This document shows, in pieces, positions 10,960 through 20,000 of a DNA stretch of 20,000 nt (within the stretch, counting starts at the first letter, position 1; each line of letters starts with the position of its first letter). Both the position numbers and the translations under genes were made by a program. Location: positions 30,806,711 through 30,826,710 of the forward strand of contig NC_057720.1 in assembly GCF_004010195.1 (NCBI RefSeq), written 5' to 3'. The notes beneath the pieces were generated by a model that saw only the letters and a program-made list of their open reading frames with translations, did not search any database and was not told the origin of the DNA. The stretch is from Chiloscyllium plagiosum. Lineage: Eukaryota.

Positions 10960-11400
10960 TCAACATCCCCTCTCCTCCATTTACAAGTTTGCTGAGGACA
11001 CCACCACAGCCAGTCGAATCTCAGATGCCGACAAAACAGACTACAGACAGGAGGTGGGACACCTGGGAAAATAGTACACTGAGAACAACCTAGCTCTCAA
11101 TGCCAGCAAAACTAAGGAACTCATTATTGACTTCCGGTGGGATATTACTCATGCTCCCCTGCACATAAACAGCGCAGAGGTGGAACTAGTGGAGAGTGTC
11201 AAGCTCCTGGGAGTGGTCATCCACAACAAGCTTTCTTGGACTCTTCATGTGGATGCACTGGTTACAAGGCCCAACAATGTCTCTTCTTCCTTAAGCAGCT
11301 GATGAATTTTGGCATGACGGTGAATATCCTTGCCAGCTTTTATAGGTGTGCCATAGAGAGCATTCTATCTGGATTTATCAATATGTGGTGTGGCAACAGT
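10960..11400 (+). mobile_element. Rex1/Babar-type LINE RT C-terminal fragment
   Basis: IYKFAEDTT (decayed FADD), NNLALNASKTKELIIDFR, VESVKLLGV, KAQQCLFFLKQL..FGM....LASFYRCAIESILSG..W.GNS across frameshifts. Confidence 0.8.
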
Positions 11401-11419
11401 ATTGAGGTCAACAGTTTCA

Positions 11420-11850
11420 AACTGTAAACCCTGTTCCATTTTGCTACCTTCTCTTCACAGATTTTGGTTTAATTTGTTTATTTCTTCCTGTTTTTTGTGT
11501 TCTGATAGTAGCAGTTCATCATTCTGCCATTCACACCACCTCTAACACATCTTTTGTTTCTGTACTTGTTCCATTAACACTCCTTTTGGTCCTGCCCCAC
11601 CAATTCTTTTGATACTTAATCTCTCCTGTCTTCCAATCTCCCAAAGATCTTTCCTTTTTCTTTCTGCCCTTTCCCGCCTTTTACTTGTTAATTCCTAATA
11701 CATGTCTAACTTTGTTAAATATTTCCTAGGAAAGATAACCGACCTGAAAATTTAATTCTGTTTTTCTTTCCACAGATGCTTTCTGATCATCTGAATATTT
11801 CCAGCATATTTTATTTTCAGATAAATTTCCAACATCCACAGTATTTTGCT
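11420..11850 (+). mobile_element. Degenerate Penelope-associated 3'/pLTR remnant
   Basis: Pyrimidine-rich tract ending ...gacctgaaaatttaattctgtttttctttccacagatgct...ctgaatatttccagcat...tttccaacatccacagtattttgc, similar to 18280-18363. Confidence 0.5.
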
Positions 11851-12043
11851 GTTCTAGAAGTATTGGCCATGTTGGTGTGAATCAAACCAATCTTGCAATG
11901 ATACCATCATATTAAAAATTAGTTCCAGTTTTTCATGACAAAATCATATTTAGTTTGAAATATCCTGTTTGCTTATTCATGTTTATAAAGTATCAAACAA
12001 AATTAATGCTGATTACAGTTTGTCATATTCACTGTATTAATAG

Positions 12044-12256
12044 ATTGGGCAGCTTGCGGAACAAGCTTGAACGTCAGGGTCTGAAGGACATACACTATAT
12101 GATAGTAAATGAGAAAACGCCTCAATCTAGGGCCATGCTGTGGGAACTCAAACGCCATACGCCTGAGGAAATCCCTGTCTACCAGCAATCACCATTTCAA
12201 AGTGATATCTGGAGCATTTTGCAGGGTAACAAGGACGACTTCCTCATCTATGATAG
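12044..12256 (+). CDS. selenop2: Selenoprotein P2-like, second coding exon
   Basis: Acceptor taatAG at 12042-12043, donor AG|gttagt at 12256/12257, 213 nt, phase 2 to 2. Encodes LGSLRNKLERQGLKDIHYMIVNEKTPQSRAMLWELKRHTPEEIPVYQQSPFQSDIWSILQGNKDDFLIYDR with the SelP hallmarks IPVYQQ and KDDFLIYDR. Confidence 0.95.
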
Positions 12257-12688
12257 GTTAGTTATTGTAAATTGCAACACCAAGCAGATTATTTGTTATG
12301 ATTAAATGGATTCCCCTCCCTTTGATTAGTTGTGCACAATATGGTATAACCACTAGCTAAGTAGGTATAATCTATGATGTAGTCTAAAACCCTTGTTTTA
12401 TGCTTTCAAAATGGCAGAATCTTTCTGTTTTTATTATTGAAATATTTTACAAACCGAGCAAAATTTATTGCCCCTAAATTTTTTCTTTTCTATCATTGAT
12501 TGTAGAGTAATAACTGCCCTTTGATATTTTGCCCAATTAGTCATGTGTGAATATATTTGCCGTTATAGTCAAACTTGATCCCGTTCTCGTGTGCATGCAG
12601 ATGTGAATTGGGATATTTAATAACCTGACTCACATTAGTATTTAAGGTTTATAATCCAATTCTTGTGATTTTTATTTTATTTCCTTAG

Positions 12689-12821
12689 ATGTGGTAAATT
12701 GACCTTTCATATCGTGTTACCATATAGCTACCTCCAATTTCGCTACACTGAAGCAGCAATCCGAGCTACGTATAGCAAAGATATATGTGGGAATTGTGGA
12801 ATCAGTGATATCGACCTTGAG
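12689..12821 (+). CDS. selenop2: Selenoprotein P2-like, third coding exon (not in the ORF track)
   Basis: Polypyrimidine tract plus ttAG at 12687-12688, donor GAG|gtaact at 12821/12822, 133 nt, phase 2 to 0. Hand translation CGKLTFHIVLPYSYLQFRYTEAAIRATYSKDICGNCGISDIDLE completes the conserved YDRCG and CGNC motifs. Confidence 0.95.
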
Positions 12822-12865
12822 GTAACTGTTGCTGTAATTTGGCAATCTCAGGTTTAGTAAGACTA

Positions 12866-13157
12866 CAGCCATGGTTGGAATCAGTGGTTAGCACTGCTGC
12901 CTCACAGTACCAGGGTCCCAGGCTCGATTCCAGCCTCGGGTGACTGTCTGTGTGGAGTTTGTGCATTCTCCCCCGTGTCTGTGTGGGTTTCCTCCGGGTA
13001 CTCTGGTTCCCTTCCACAGTCCAAAGATATGAGGGTCAGGTGAATTGGCCATGCATTAGTCAGAGGGAAATGGATCTGGGTGGGTTACTGTTCAGAGGGT
13101 CGGTGTGGAGTGGTTGGGCTGAAGGGCCTGTTCCACACTATAGTGAATCTAATCTAA
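12866..13157 (+). mobile_element. tRNA-derived SINE (HE1-like)
   Basis: cagtggttagcactgctgcctcacag...ggctcgattcc head, gaagggcctgttccacact and aatctaatcta tail. Confidence 0.88.
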
Positions 13158-13205
13158 ACAGATCATTAGTGAATAATGTAATATTTGTGGCATTAGTATG
13201 CTAAG

Positions 13206-13420
13206 TAAAGTGGCCATAGACTTGCCAGTCCATATGGCTGCTTTCTCATGAGAGACACCTCGTGGTGGTTTAACTGGAGGGTCACCACTTGTAAAGTGAG
13301 GAGAGAAGTTGAGAAGAGAATCTATCATGGTAACCTCAGCCAGTACTGGAATTGAACCCACGCTGTTGGTGTCACTGTACATTCAAACCAGCCATTCAGC
13401 CAAGTTAGCTAAACCGATCC
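13206..13420 (-). mobile_element. Second tRNA-derived SINE family
   Basis: Minus-strand head GGATCGGTTTAGCTAACTTGGCTG...GTGGGTTCAATTCC with A/B boxes. Body unlike the HE1-like copies. Confidence 0.7.
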
Positions 13421-13434
13421 TTGTTATGAGAATA

Positions 13435-13762
13435 CAGGTAGACGATCCTTTATCCAAACATCCAAAAACAGAAAAGCTCCGAAATCCAAAGGTTTTTTTT
13501 TTGTTAAGATTTTTTCACATTATCAAGGTTGCTTGGCGTGCAGTTAACCCAAGTCAACACCCACTCGATGCGTGTCACTCAGATGTGACGTGCGGAGGCG
13601 TGGCCAAGCACTGACTGGCCTGTTCTTACTTAGAAGTCTGCTCCTCCAGTAAGATTTTTTAAAATTTCACCATTAAACTGTCACTTATTCTGAAAACAGA
13701 AAAATTCTGATTTCCGAAAAACAGTTGGTCCTGAGCATTTCGGATAAAGGATCATCTATCTG
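13435..13762. mobile_element. Tc1/mariner (Tigger/pogo-like) MITE, 328 bp
   Basis: TIRs CAGGTAGACGATCCTTTATCC / CAGATAGATGATCCTTTATCC (reverse complement of the right end), flanked by TA at 13433-13434 and 13763-13764, no coding capacity. Confidence 0.88.
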
Positions 13763-13839
13763 TACTATACCTCGGATACTATGTCTTCAAATTCATATAG
13801 TCTGATTTGCATTAATTAATAGGTGACTGGTCGCTGATC

Positions 13840-14508
13840 CATTTGATTCTCCAATGAGCTCTCAAACTCATTTGTGACATCACAAAGGCCGCTGTTTCTA
13901 CCTCCAGTATAAGACTTTGCCCTGTCTGAGCTTACCTGTTGTTAAAACCCTCGTCTGTGTCTTTACTATCTCTAGATTCAATTACTTCAATGTGCTGCTG
14001 GCTAGAATCCATATTCTACTAGCTGTAAACTTTATATTACTCAAACATCAGCTTGCAGCAAGTCCCCTTCCCTATTAAAACTGTGCTCAATAATCTACAT
14101 TGATTCCAGATCGAGCAACATCTTGATTTTTAAATTCTCATCCTTGTTTTCAAATCCCTAGTGTTGCTCTTCCCTATCTGAGTATCAGCTTTAGCCTCAT
14201 AATCTTCCAAAATATTTGGGTTTCTCTAATACTGGTTCCTGTTCATCCCCAATTTGAATACTCCATTATTGGTTGTAGTGCCTACGGTGCTTGGGCCCCA
14301 AGATCTATAATATTCTCTTTACACCTCTCCGCCTTTCGATTTTCCTCTCCTTTTAAGTCAGAGCTATAAACCAGTTTCTTTGATCAAGGTTTTGAATATC
14401 TGATTCTTACATCCTTATGTAAGTAACTTGGTGTCATACTTGTTTAATAATGCTTTTAAGAAGTGCATTTCAGTATGCCAAAGACTCAAACTAATGTAAG
14501 TTGTTGTT
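13840..14508 (+). mobile_element. Degenerate L2 LINE 3' end
   Basis: Decayed L.PCLS....KTLV..F..SRFNYFNVLLA, L.NLHW..I.Q.LDFKILILVFKSL motifs, and an L2-type tail ending aatgtaagttgttgtt. Confidence 0.72.
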
Positions 14509-14516
14509 TCTTACAG

Positions 14517-14726
14517 ACTTACAAGGAAAACTTTTTTCAATTTAACACTACAAGTTTTGTGATAAGTCCAACTTTTGAAAATATAACAACTCAGCCAGTG
14601 CAACAACATGTACCGAATAAGCCTCATCCTGACCCCAAAATCTCTTCAAGTCCTACCACTCCACATCATTTCAATAGCAGCCAAGATGGAAATCTGGAGA
14701 CTGGTAATACTGAGGGATTGGAATGA
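14517..14726 (+). CDS. selenop2: Selenoprotein P2-like, probable last coding exon (Ser/Thr/Pro-rich tail)
   Basis: Branch-like CTAAT at 14491, ttgttgtttcttacAG ending 14516, phase 0 matching the previous exon. 69 open codons TYKENFFQFNTTS...NTEGLE then TGA 14724-14726. Low conservation, so assigned by position, phase and the downstream 3'UTR features. Confidence 0.78.
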   Translation, partial: TYKENFFQFNTTSFVISPTFENITTQPVQQHVPNKPHPDPKISSSPTTPHHFNSSQDGNLETGNTEGLE

Positions 14727-15415
14727 GTGTAGTTAGAATATCAGGCACAACAATTAAACAACTGGCTGTGATACAGCAACTGTCAGCATCAACCCTAATG
14801 TTGCTAAAATAAATCCTGGTTTAATATTAATTTTGATTTGTAATATTTGAGGGGTGTACTGTATAAGCATGTCCCACACCAAACACTTGTTTTGTGTTGT
14901 TATCAAGTGTTCTTTCAGTGAAGAAATCTGGATATGACTATTTAGAGTGAAATACCACTAAAACCATTTCAGGCAAGTCTGAAATGAGCACTGTCTTGTG
15001 TATTGTCCCATGAACTTGTAGCCATTGCTTTAGTGCACAATAAAGTGCACTCCAAATCAAAAGCATACTCTGTGCTAGTTTCTTTGTGGAAAATAAGGGG
15101 AGTAATCACCATGACTTGTATCTCCGCTAATTCAAGTATCCCCTTTGGGAACAGGTGGAGAGTAGGAATCCGGGACTGACAAGACAAATGTCGGCTTTTT
15201 TGGAAAGCCTCTTGAGGATCATTTAGAAAACTGAGGATGACATTTTGTAATTAAATTTATCTTTTTGCATATTTCAGGGTTTTTAAAATCTAATCAAGAA
15301 AGATGATTCTATGAATGTTCACTTATTCAAGGAAGGAACTGGAGAACTGCTATCTTAGCATAAAAAATTCTTGATGGCTTAACGTTACAATGAAAAGTTG
15401 ACATTAATCATTAAT

Positions 15416-15492
15416 CTTGTGTTCATGTGCTCAATGAAGTCTTTATTAGCAACTAGTTTGTACTAACTACAGACAGATACAATAGAGACAGG
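15416..15492 (+). promoter_or_regulatory. SECIS-like stem-loop in the putative 3'UTR
   Basis: ATGA 15434-15437, helix II GTCTTTATTAG pairing with CTAACTACAGAC (one mismatch, one bulge), AA at 15451-15452, 3' core AGAT 15475-15478, and a weak lower helix (cttgt...tgt / aca...acagg). Folded by eye. Confidence 0.65.
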
Positions 15493-16307
15493 CCAAAAGG
15501 AAAGCTTTTGACTGATATTACTTTTGGAAGAAAGTAATTATTCTGCTTAGAGATTTGCTCAATTTTGTTGTTTGTTTTTAGTGGAACACAGTCAATAGGA
15601 AAACTGTAACCCAGTTGACAGGCATTAGATGATTACATAAAGTTAACAGTACTAATTCCAAAATATTTGTGAATTTCTAATTTCTGTCAACCATTCCCCC
15701 TTTCACTTTGCGTCCACCTTTGATTAAATGAAAGGTGGATGCAAAAGTCTTACCTTTGGTCAGTTGGCCATTTCACCCATGTCCACCAGAGATATGGTGA
15801 CAAGCCAGCTTCCAAAGACTCCTGGAAATTTTTGAATGTATGCATTAGTTATCTCAGTTTTGTCTTCGCCTGTAAAGAAGTGCTGGTATATCAGTATGGC
15901 AAGTCCTAAATCAATAACTGAGTAGTGTTGGAGACTGAATCTCTAGTGCTAGGATTAGAACATACAGTGTCAATATGATTTTTCTTCACATCCAGTCTTT
16001 CTCTAGCAGTGGTTTGTATTAAGATACAATTTTGAGTTAAGGCTGCCTGTGCAAAATAGTCCCTGTGAGTGCATGTAGCAGTGCATTTTCACTTTATCGA
16101 TGTTGCTAGTTTTAGTCATCGAGCAGGACAGATATTAGCTAGGCTGATGCCTTTCAGTAAGGGTATGTTACATTTTGGCAGAAGGTGGGAAACTTACGTA
16201 AATAATTACCTAATGATTTCAACTAATTTATCCAAGCAGGAAATATGTTCCAGTCTGTGCCCCAAGAAGATTTGTTTAATTTTTGTAAATAATTCTTCTG
16301 TTCCTTG

Positions 16308-16459
16308 AATAAATGACAGCGATCAATAAATCACTAAAGTAGTTGTATTTACAGATCCTTTAACACCTGTATAACAACAAAAATAAAATTCAATTTTAGA
16401 AAAAAAACACTGGATTACATATTAATGAGTTTGGACATTAGTCTAAAGTAGTAAATAAA
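16308..16459 (+). terminator. Cluster of polyadenylation signals (probable distal 3' end of selenop2)
   Basis: AATAAA at 16308, 16325, 16382 and 16454, just before unique sequence gives way to repeats at ~16525. Confidence 0.5.
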
Positions 16460-16748
16460 AACATGCATTCATTAATCCATTGTCGTCAGAGTTTGGAGCA
16501 GAAGCAGAACTTCTATAGAAGCCTCAAAAAAAAAAAGAATTGCAGATGTTGGAAATCAGAAACAAAAACAGAAATTGCTGGAAAAACACAGCAGGTTTGG
16601 CTGCATCTGTGAAGAGAAATCAGAGTTAACATTTTGGGTCCAGTGACCCCAAGTTCAGAACTGATGGTAGCTGGAAGTTGGCTTTTATGCAGAAGATCAG
16701 GTGGGTAAGGAATAAGTGATAGGCAGAGTTACAGCTCAAAGAGTGAGA

Positions 16749-16912
16749 CATCATCACAGGAAATGATATCACCAAACCAAAGAAACCTGAACACAAATAA
16801 TAAACAGGCCATACTGCCAGTGCTTCAGCAGAGGCCCTCTGATGATCTTGCCTAGTATGGTGACAAAATGTCTGAAAACAAATCTTCCAGCTCAGTGAGC
16901 AAACCTACATCC
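16749..16912 (+). mobile_element. Nested Penelope 3' end/pLTR fragment with decayed hammerhead motif
   Basis: ctgatgatcttgcctagtatggtgacaaaatgtc...ttccagctcagtgagcaaacc resembles the reverse complement of 19290-19365. Confidence 0.6.
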
Positions 16913-17010
16913 TGTGAGAAGAGCAGTTGAACAGGCAAAGGAATGAATAGCTGTTAATGGGGACTATTAATGGCCAACAATGGGTTGTGTGTAATAGCAG
17001 ACCATACGAT

Positions 17011-17428
17011 TGTTAGGTTATTTTCCCAAGGTTTCACACACGAGATGCAATTCACGCACACCGACTTCTGCAAACAGTTAAAGTTCATTAAAGCTTGTAC
17101 TAGCTGGGTGACCCCCTTTGGCCCTCTTTGCAGGCGTGTGAAGCCAATTCAAAGTGAGTCTGAACAAAGAAAACACAACTCCTTTATACAGGCCAGTCGG
17201 TAATGCTCACAGGTACTCTGCAACCCCCCCCCCCCCCCCCCCAATTTGGTTGTCCAAATTAGATGTGGATTACAACGGATAGTCATCTAAATTTTTGCCT
17301 GCTATTTGTGAGACAAAATGTTGCCCCCACCCACTTCCAGAATGTTCACCTTGGAGAAAGATAGTATAGTTTAACCCTTTAACATTAATGTCCAGAGATA
17401 CAGTACTATTTAACCATTTAACATTACA
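17011..17428 (-). mobile_element. Probable solo LTR (418 bp)
   Basis: TGT...ACA termini, flanks cgat/tgat (4-bp TSD with one CpG transition), TATAAA on the minus strand at 17183-17188, interrupts the Penelope remnant, contains a C19 run at 17224-17242. Confidence 0.55.
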
Positions 17429-18892
17429 TGATGACAAAGTCCTGGTGTGTGAGAGAGTTGGAGAAGCTGTAGAGTTCCCAAGTGGAAAATGAAATGCTAT
17501 TCTTCCAGTTTGTGCTGAGCTTCACAGGAACAGTGCTGCAAGCCTGAGACAGAGATGTTAGCCAGGAAACAGGGTGGCAACTGGAAGCCCAGGGTCTTTT
17601 TTTTTCAGACAGAATATAGTCACTATGTGAAGCAGTCACCCAGTCCACATTTCATTTTTTCAGTGTAGAGGAAACCACATGAGCAGCTTATGCAGTATGA
17701 GTGAAGTACTGCTTCACCTGGAAGGTGTGCTTGAGCCCTTGGAAATTGAGGAGAAAGTAAATGGACAGATGTTACATCTTCTTGCGGTTGCAAGGGAAGA
17801 TGCAGTGGGACTGTAGGGAGATCTTGGCAGTGAAGGGGGAGTGGAGTTGGCAGTCCCAGAAGGAATGATCCTTGTAGAAGGCTGTCAAGAAAGGTGAATA
17901 TGTGTCTAATGGTGGCTTCCCACTGAAGGTAGTGGAAATGGTGGCTAATGATCTTCTGGATGTGGAAGCTGGTGGGATGGTAGGTGAGAACAAGGGGGAC
18001 CCAATTGCTGTTGTGGGAGGAAAGAGAAAGTGTGAGGGCTAAAGTGGAAGAGATGTGTCAGACCCAGAGCTGGGGAATCCTTGGTTGAAAGAAGGTGGAT
18101 ATTTTGGAGGCCCCTTGTTGAAATTGGCATCATCCGAACAAGAAGTGACAGAGATGGAGGAACTTGGAGAATGGAATACAGTCTTTACAAGAAGTAGGGT
18201 GTGAGGATGTATAATCAAGGTAACTGTGGGAGTTGGTCAGTTTGCCTAACCCCAGAAATTAAAAGAGGTGTCGAGGAACTGGACCCTAAATGTTAACTCT
18301 GATTTCTCTACACAGATGTTGCCTGACCTGCTGAGTTTTTTCCAGCAAATTATATTTTTTGTTATATAGGAGGCTAGTGGTTTGGCTTCATGCTTTCTGT
18401 GTTAGAAGGGGAGATGAAATATATGGAGCTTATATGAGGCATGGCATGTTGGTGTAAAAACTTTATTTGGCTCTCCATACATTTCACTGTGCATGATTTT
18501 CAGCATTTCCAATTTTGGAGTGATTTTCCACAGCGCTAAAATGGTTCCATGCACATGCAGATACAGCCTATGAGCTGGGTGCTGGGAGCATCTGTGTATG
18601 AATTGCTCAGACCGTATCACCACATCCTGTGTGCAGGGATGTTAGCATCACTGCACACGACACGAATGAAGGGATTGTGGGTAGATGGGGATGAGGAGGC
18701 TGTGGCTGATGCAGAGCTTTCTCTCTCCAGTGGGAGGAGGGCCAAAGCTTGGGACAGGGAGGTCTATGCAGGGAGTGGGGACAGGGAAGGTCAACGCAAG
18801 GATGCAATACTGGGAACCAGTTTGTTTTTGGTAGCAGGAAGATGCATTGGAAAGAAATGTTTTAGTTTTTATGAAAACAAATTAAAATCTGA

Positions 18893-19211
18893 GTGGCACG
18901 GTGGCACAGTCGTTAGCACTGCTGCCTCACAGCGCCAGACACCCGGGTTCAATTTCTGCCTCAGGCAACTGTGTGGAGTTTGCACATTCTCCCTGTGTCT
19001 GCGTGGGTTTCCTCCGGGTGCACCGGTTTCCTCCCACAGTCCAAAAAAAAAGTGCAGGTTAGGTGAATTGGCCATGCTAAATTTGCCATAGTGTTAGGTG
19101 AAGGGGTAAATGTAGAGGAATGGGTCTGAGTGGGTTGCTCTTCGGAGGGTCAGTGAGGACTTGTTGGGCCGAAGGGCCTGTTTCCACACTAAGTAATCTA
19201 ATCTAATCTAA
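18893..19211 (+). mobile_element. tRNA-derived SINE (HE1-like), young copy
   Basis: gtggcacggtggcacagtcgttagcactgctgcctcacagcgcc...gggttcaatt head, gggccgaagggcctgtttccacact and (aatct)3 tail. Confidence 0.9.
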
Positions 19212-19248
19212 ACTCACCCTTTCGATGCGCCTTCGAGACTGGCTGCTG

Positions 19249-20000
19249 TTCAAAGTTTGTGCGAAGATTTGTAGCTCGGGTGCTCGTTGTTGTGGTTCTG
19301 TTCGCCGAGCTGGAAGTTTTTGTTGCAAACGTTTCGTCCCCTGGCTAGGCGACATCATCAGTGCTTGGGAGCCTCCTGCGAAGCGCTTAGACCTCCTAGC
19401 AGCACTAGAATGCACACTCAGGAACAATGGACTGACAGAAGAGACACAACAAACAGTGAGACAAACTGTCGTACCTATGATAATAAGGAAAAGACAAACA
19501 CATAACCTCAACACCAAGGAGAGGGAAGCACTGAAATCACTAAGAAACGATAAGAACATAATCATACTACCAGCAGATAAAGGCAGAATGACGGTCATCC
19601 TAGATAAATCTGATTACATCCAAAAAGCACAACAACTACTTGCAGATATCAACACCTACCAAATGAAGGAATTTGACCCCACACCACAACTCACCAATAG
19701 GATAAATAACACACTAAGGAATCTACAAAAAAACGGACAGATAACCAGAGCTGACCTACAAAGAATGAAACCGGAAAGCAACAACACCCCCAGATTCTAT
19801 GGATTACCTAAAGTACACAAACCAGACATCCCACTCAGACCCATAGTATCACTACCAGGGACACCATCATACAAACTGGCCAAAGAACTACAACAGAAAC
19901 TGAAACACCTGGTCAGCGGATCCAAACACTCCATACAATCAACACAGGAATTCTTGGACATCATCAGAAATATACACATAGACAAAAAAGAAACCATGAT
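19249..20000 (+). mobile_element. Penelope-like retroelement: inverted pLTR (~19249-19388) plus open RT frame from 19390 to the window end
   Basis: Hand translation 19390-19998 is 203 codons without a stop: ...EREALKSLRNDKNIIILPADKGRMTVILDKSDY...TPRFYGLPKVHKPDIPLRPIVSLPGTPSYKLAKEL..., diagnostic PLE RT motifs. Confidence 0.93.
19325..19364 (-). ncRNA. Minimal type I hammerhead ribozyme motif in the Penelope pLTR
   Basis: Minus strand GCA-CTGATGA-T-GTCGCC-TAGCCA-GGGGAC-GAAA-CG-TT-TGC: both core boxes, helix II with one mismatch, 3-bp helix I, palindromic AAACGTTT helix III. Confidence 0.65.

Larger units (their letters stand above)
16525..18363 (-). mobile_element. Degenerate Penelope-like element (GIY-YIG remnant) with inverted terminal pLTR segments and nested insertions
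   Basis: 16560-16645 is the approximate reverse complement of 18280-18363. The minus strand at ~17620-17725 reads FQVKQYFT..YCISCSCGFLYTEK.KCGLGDCF, like decayed PLE GIY-YIG (YCI.C..CG.LYIGET.R.LGDRF). Confidence 0.7.

Noticed and set aside
11955..12305. ORF-track extents 11955-12305 and 14463-14726 as complete proteins
   Set aside because: They are exons with in-frame intronic extensions, and the splice sites define the real limits.
6419..14726. Calling the gene SELENOP1 (multi-Sec) or a pseudogene
   Set aside because: LLKAS, SRAM.WELKR and LTFHIVLP match the SelPb type and there is no multi-TGA exon. The frame and splice sites are intact, so there is no sign of pseudogenisation.
14918..14995. 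Other RTGA...AA...GA strings in the 3'UTR (also 15371-15402) as a second SECIS
   Set aside because: No convincing helix II pairing by eye.
18893..18965. tRNA-like A/B-box sequences (also 7190-7256, 12870-12935, 13345-13420) as tRNA genes
   Set aside because: They are SINE heads continuous with SINE bodies and tails, with no complete cloverleaf or oligo-T terminator.
18549..19091. Longest ORF in the track (180 aa) as a novel gene
   Set aside because: Its C-terminal third is a translation of the SINE at 18893, the start is non-ATG, and there are no recognisable domains.
19203..19997. Minus-strand ORFs 19203-19598 and 19797-19997
   Set aside because: Antisense shadows of the A-rich Penelope RT frame.

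Overview
Eukaryotic, repeat-rich vertebrate DNA. The SINE, CR1 and Penelope families suggest a cartilaginous fish (shark), which is an inference. The window holds one recognisable host gene on the + strand, a Selenoprotein P family member of the short SelPb/selenop2 type, with four coding exons (6419-6624, 12044-12256, 12689-12821, 14517-14726; 762 nt, 253 aa; all GT-AG and phase-compatible). The most notable point is that the catalytic UxxC position is TGC (Cys), giving CGFC, so the CDS has no internal Sec codon. The 3' region still carries a SECIS-like hairpin (~15416-15492), and the stop is TGA followed by GTG TAG. The rest is nested transposon debris: CR1, L2, Rex1/Babar, Tx1/L1, tRNA-SINEs, Tc1/mariner MITEs, a probable solo LTR, and Penelope-like elements with hammerhead-type motifs, one with an open RT frame running off the right edge. 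Boundaries of degenerate repeats are approximate, and family names come from motif recognition, not database searches.
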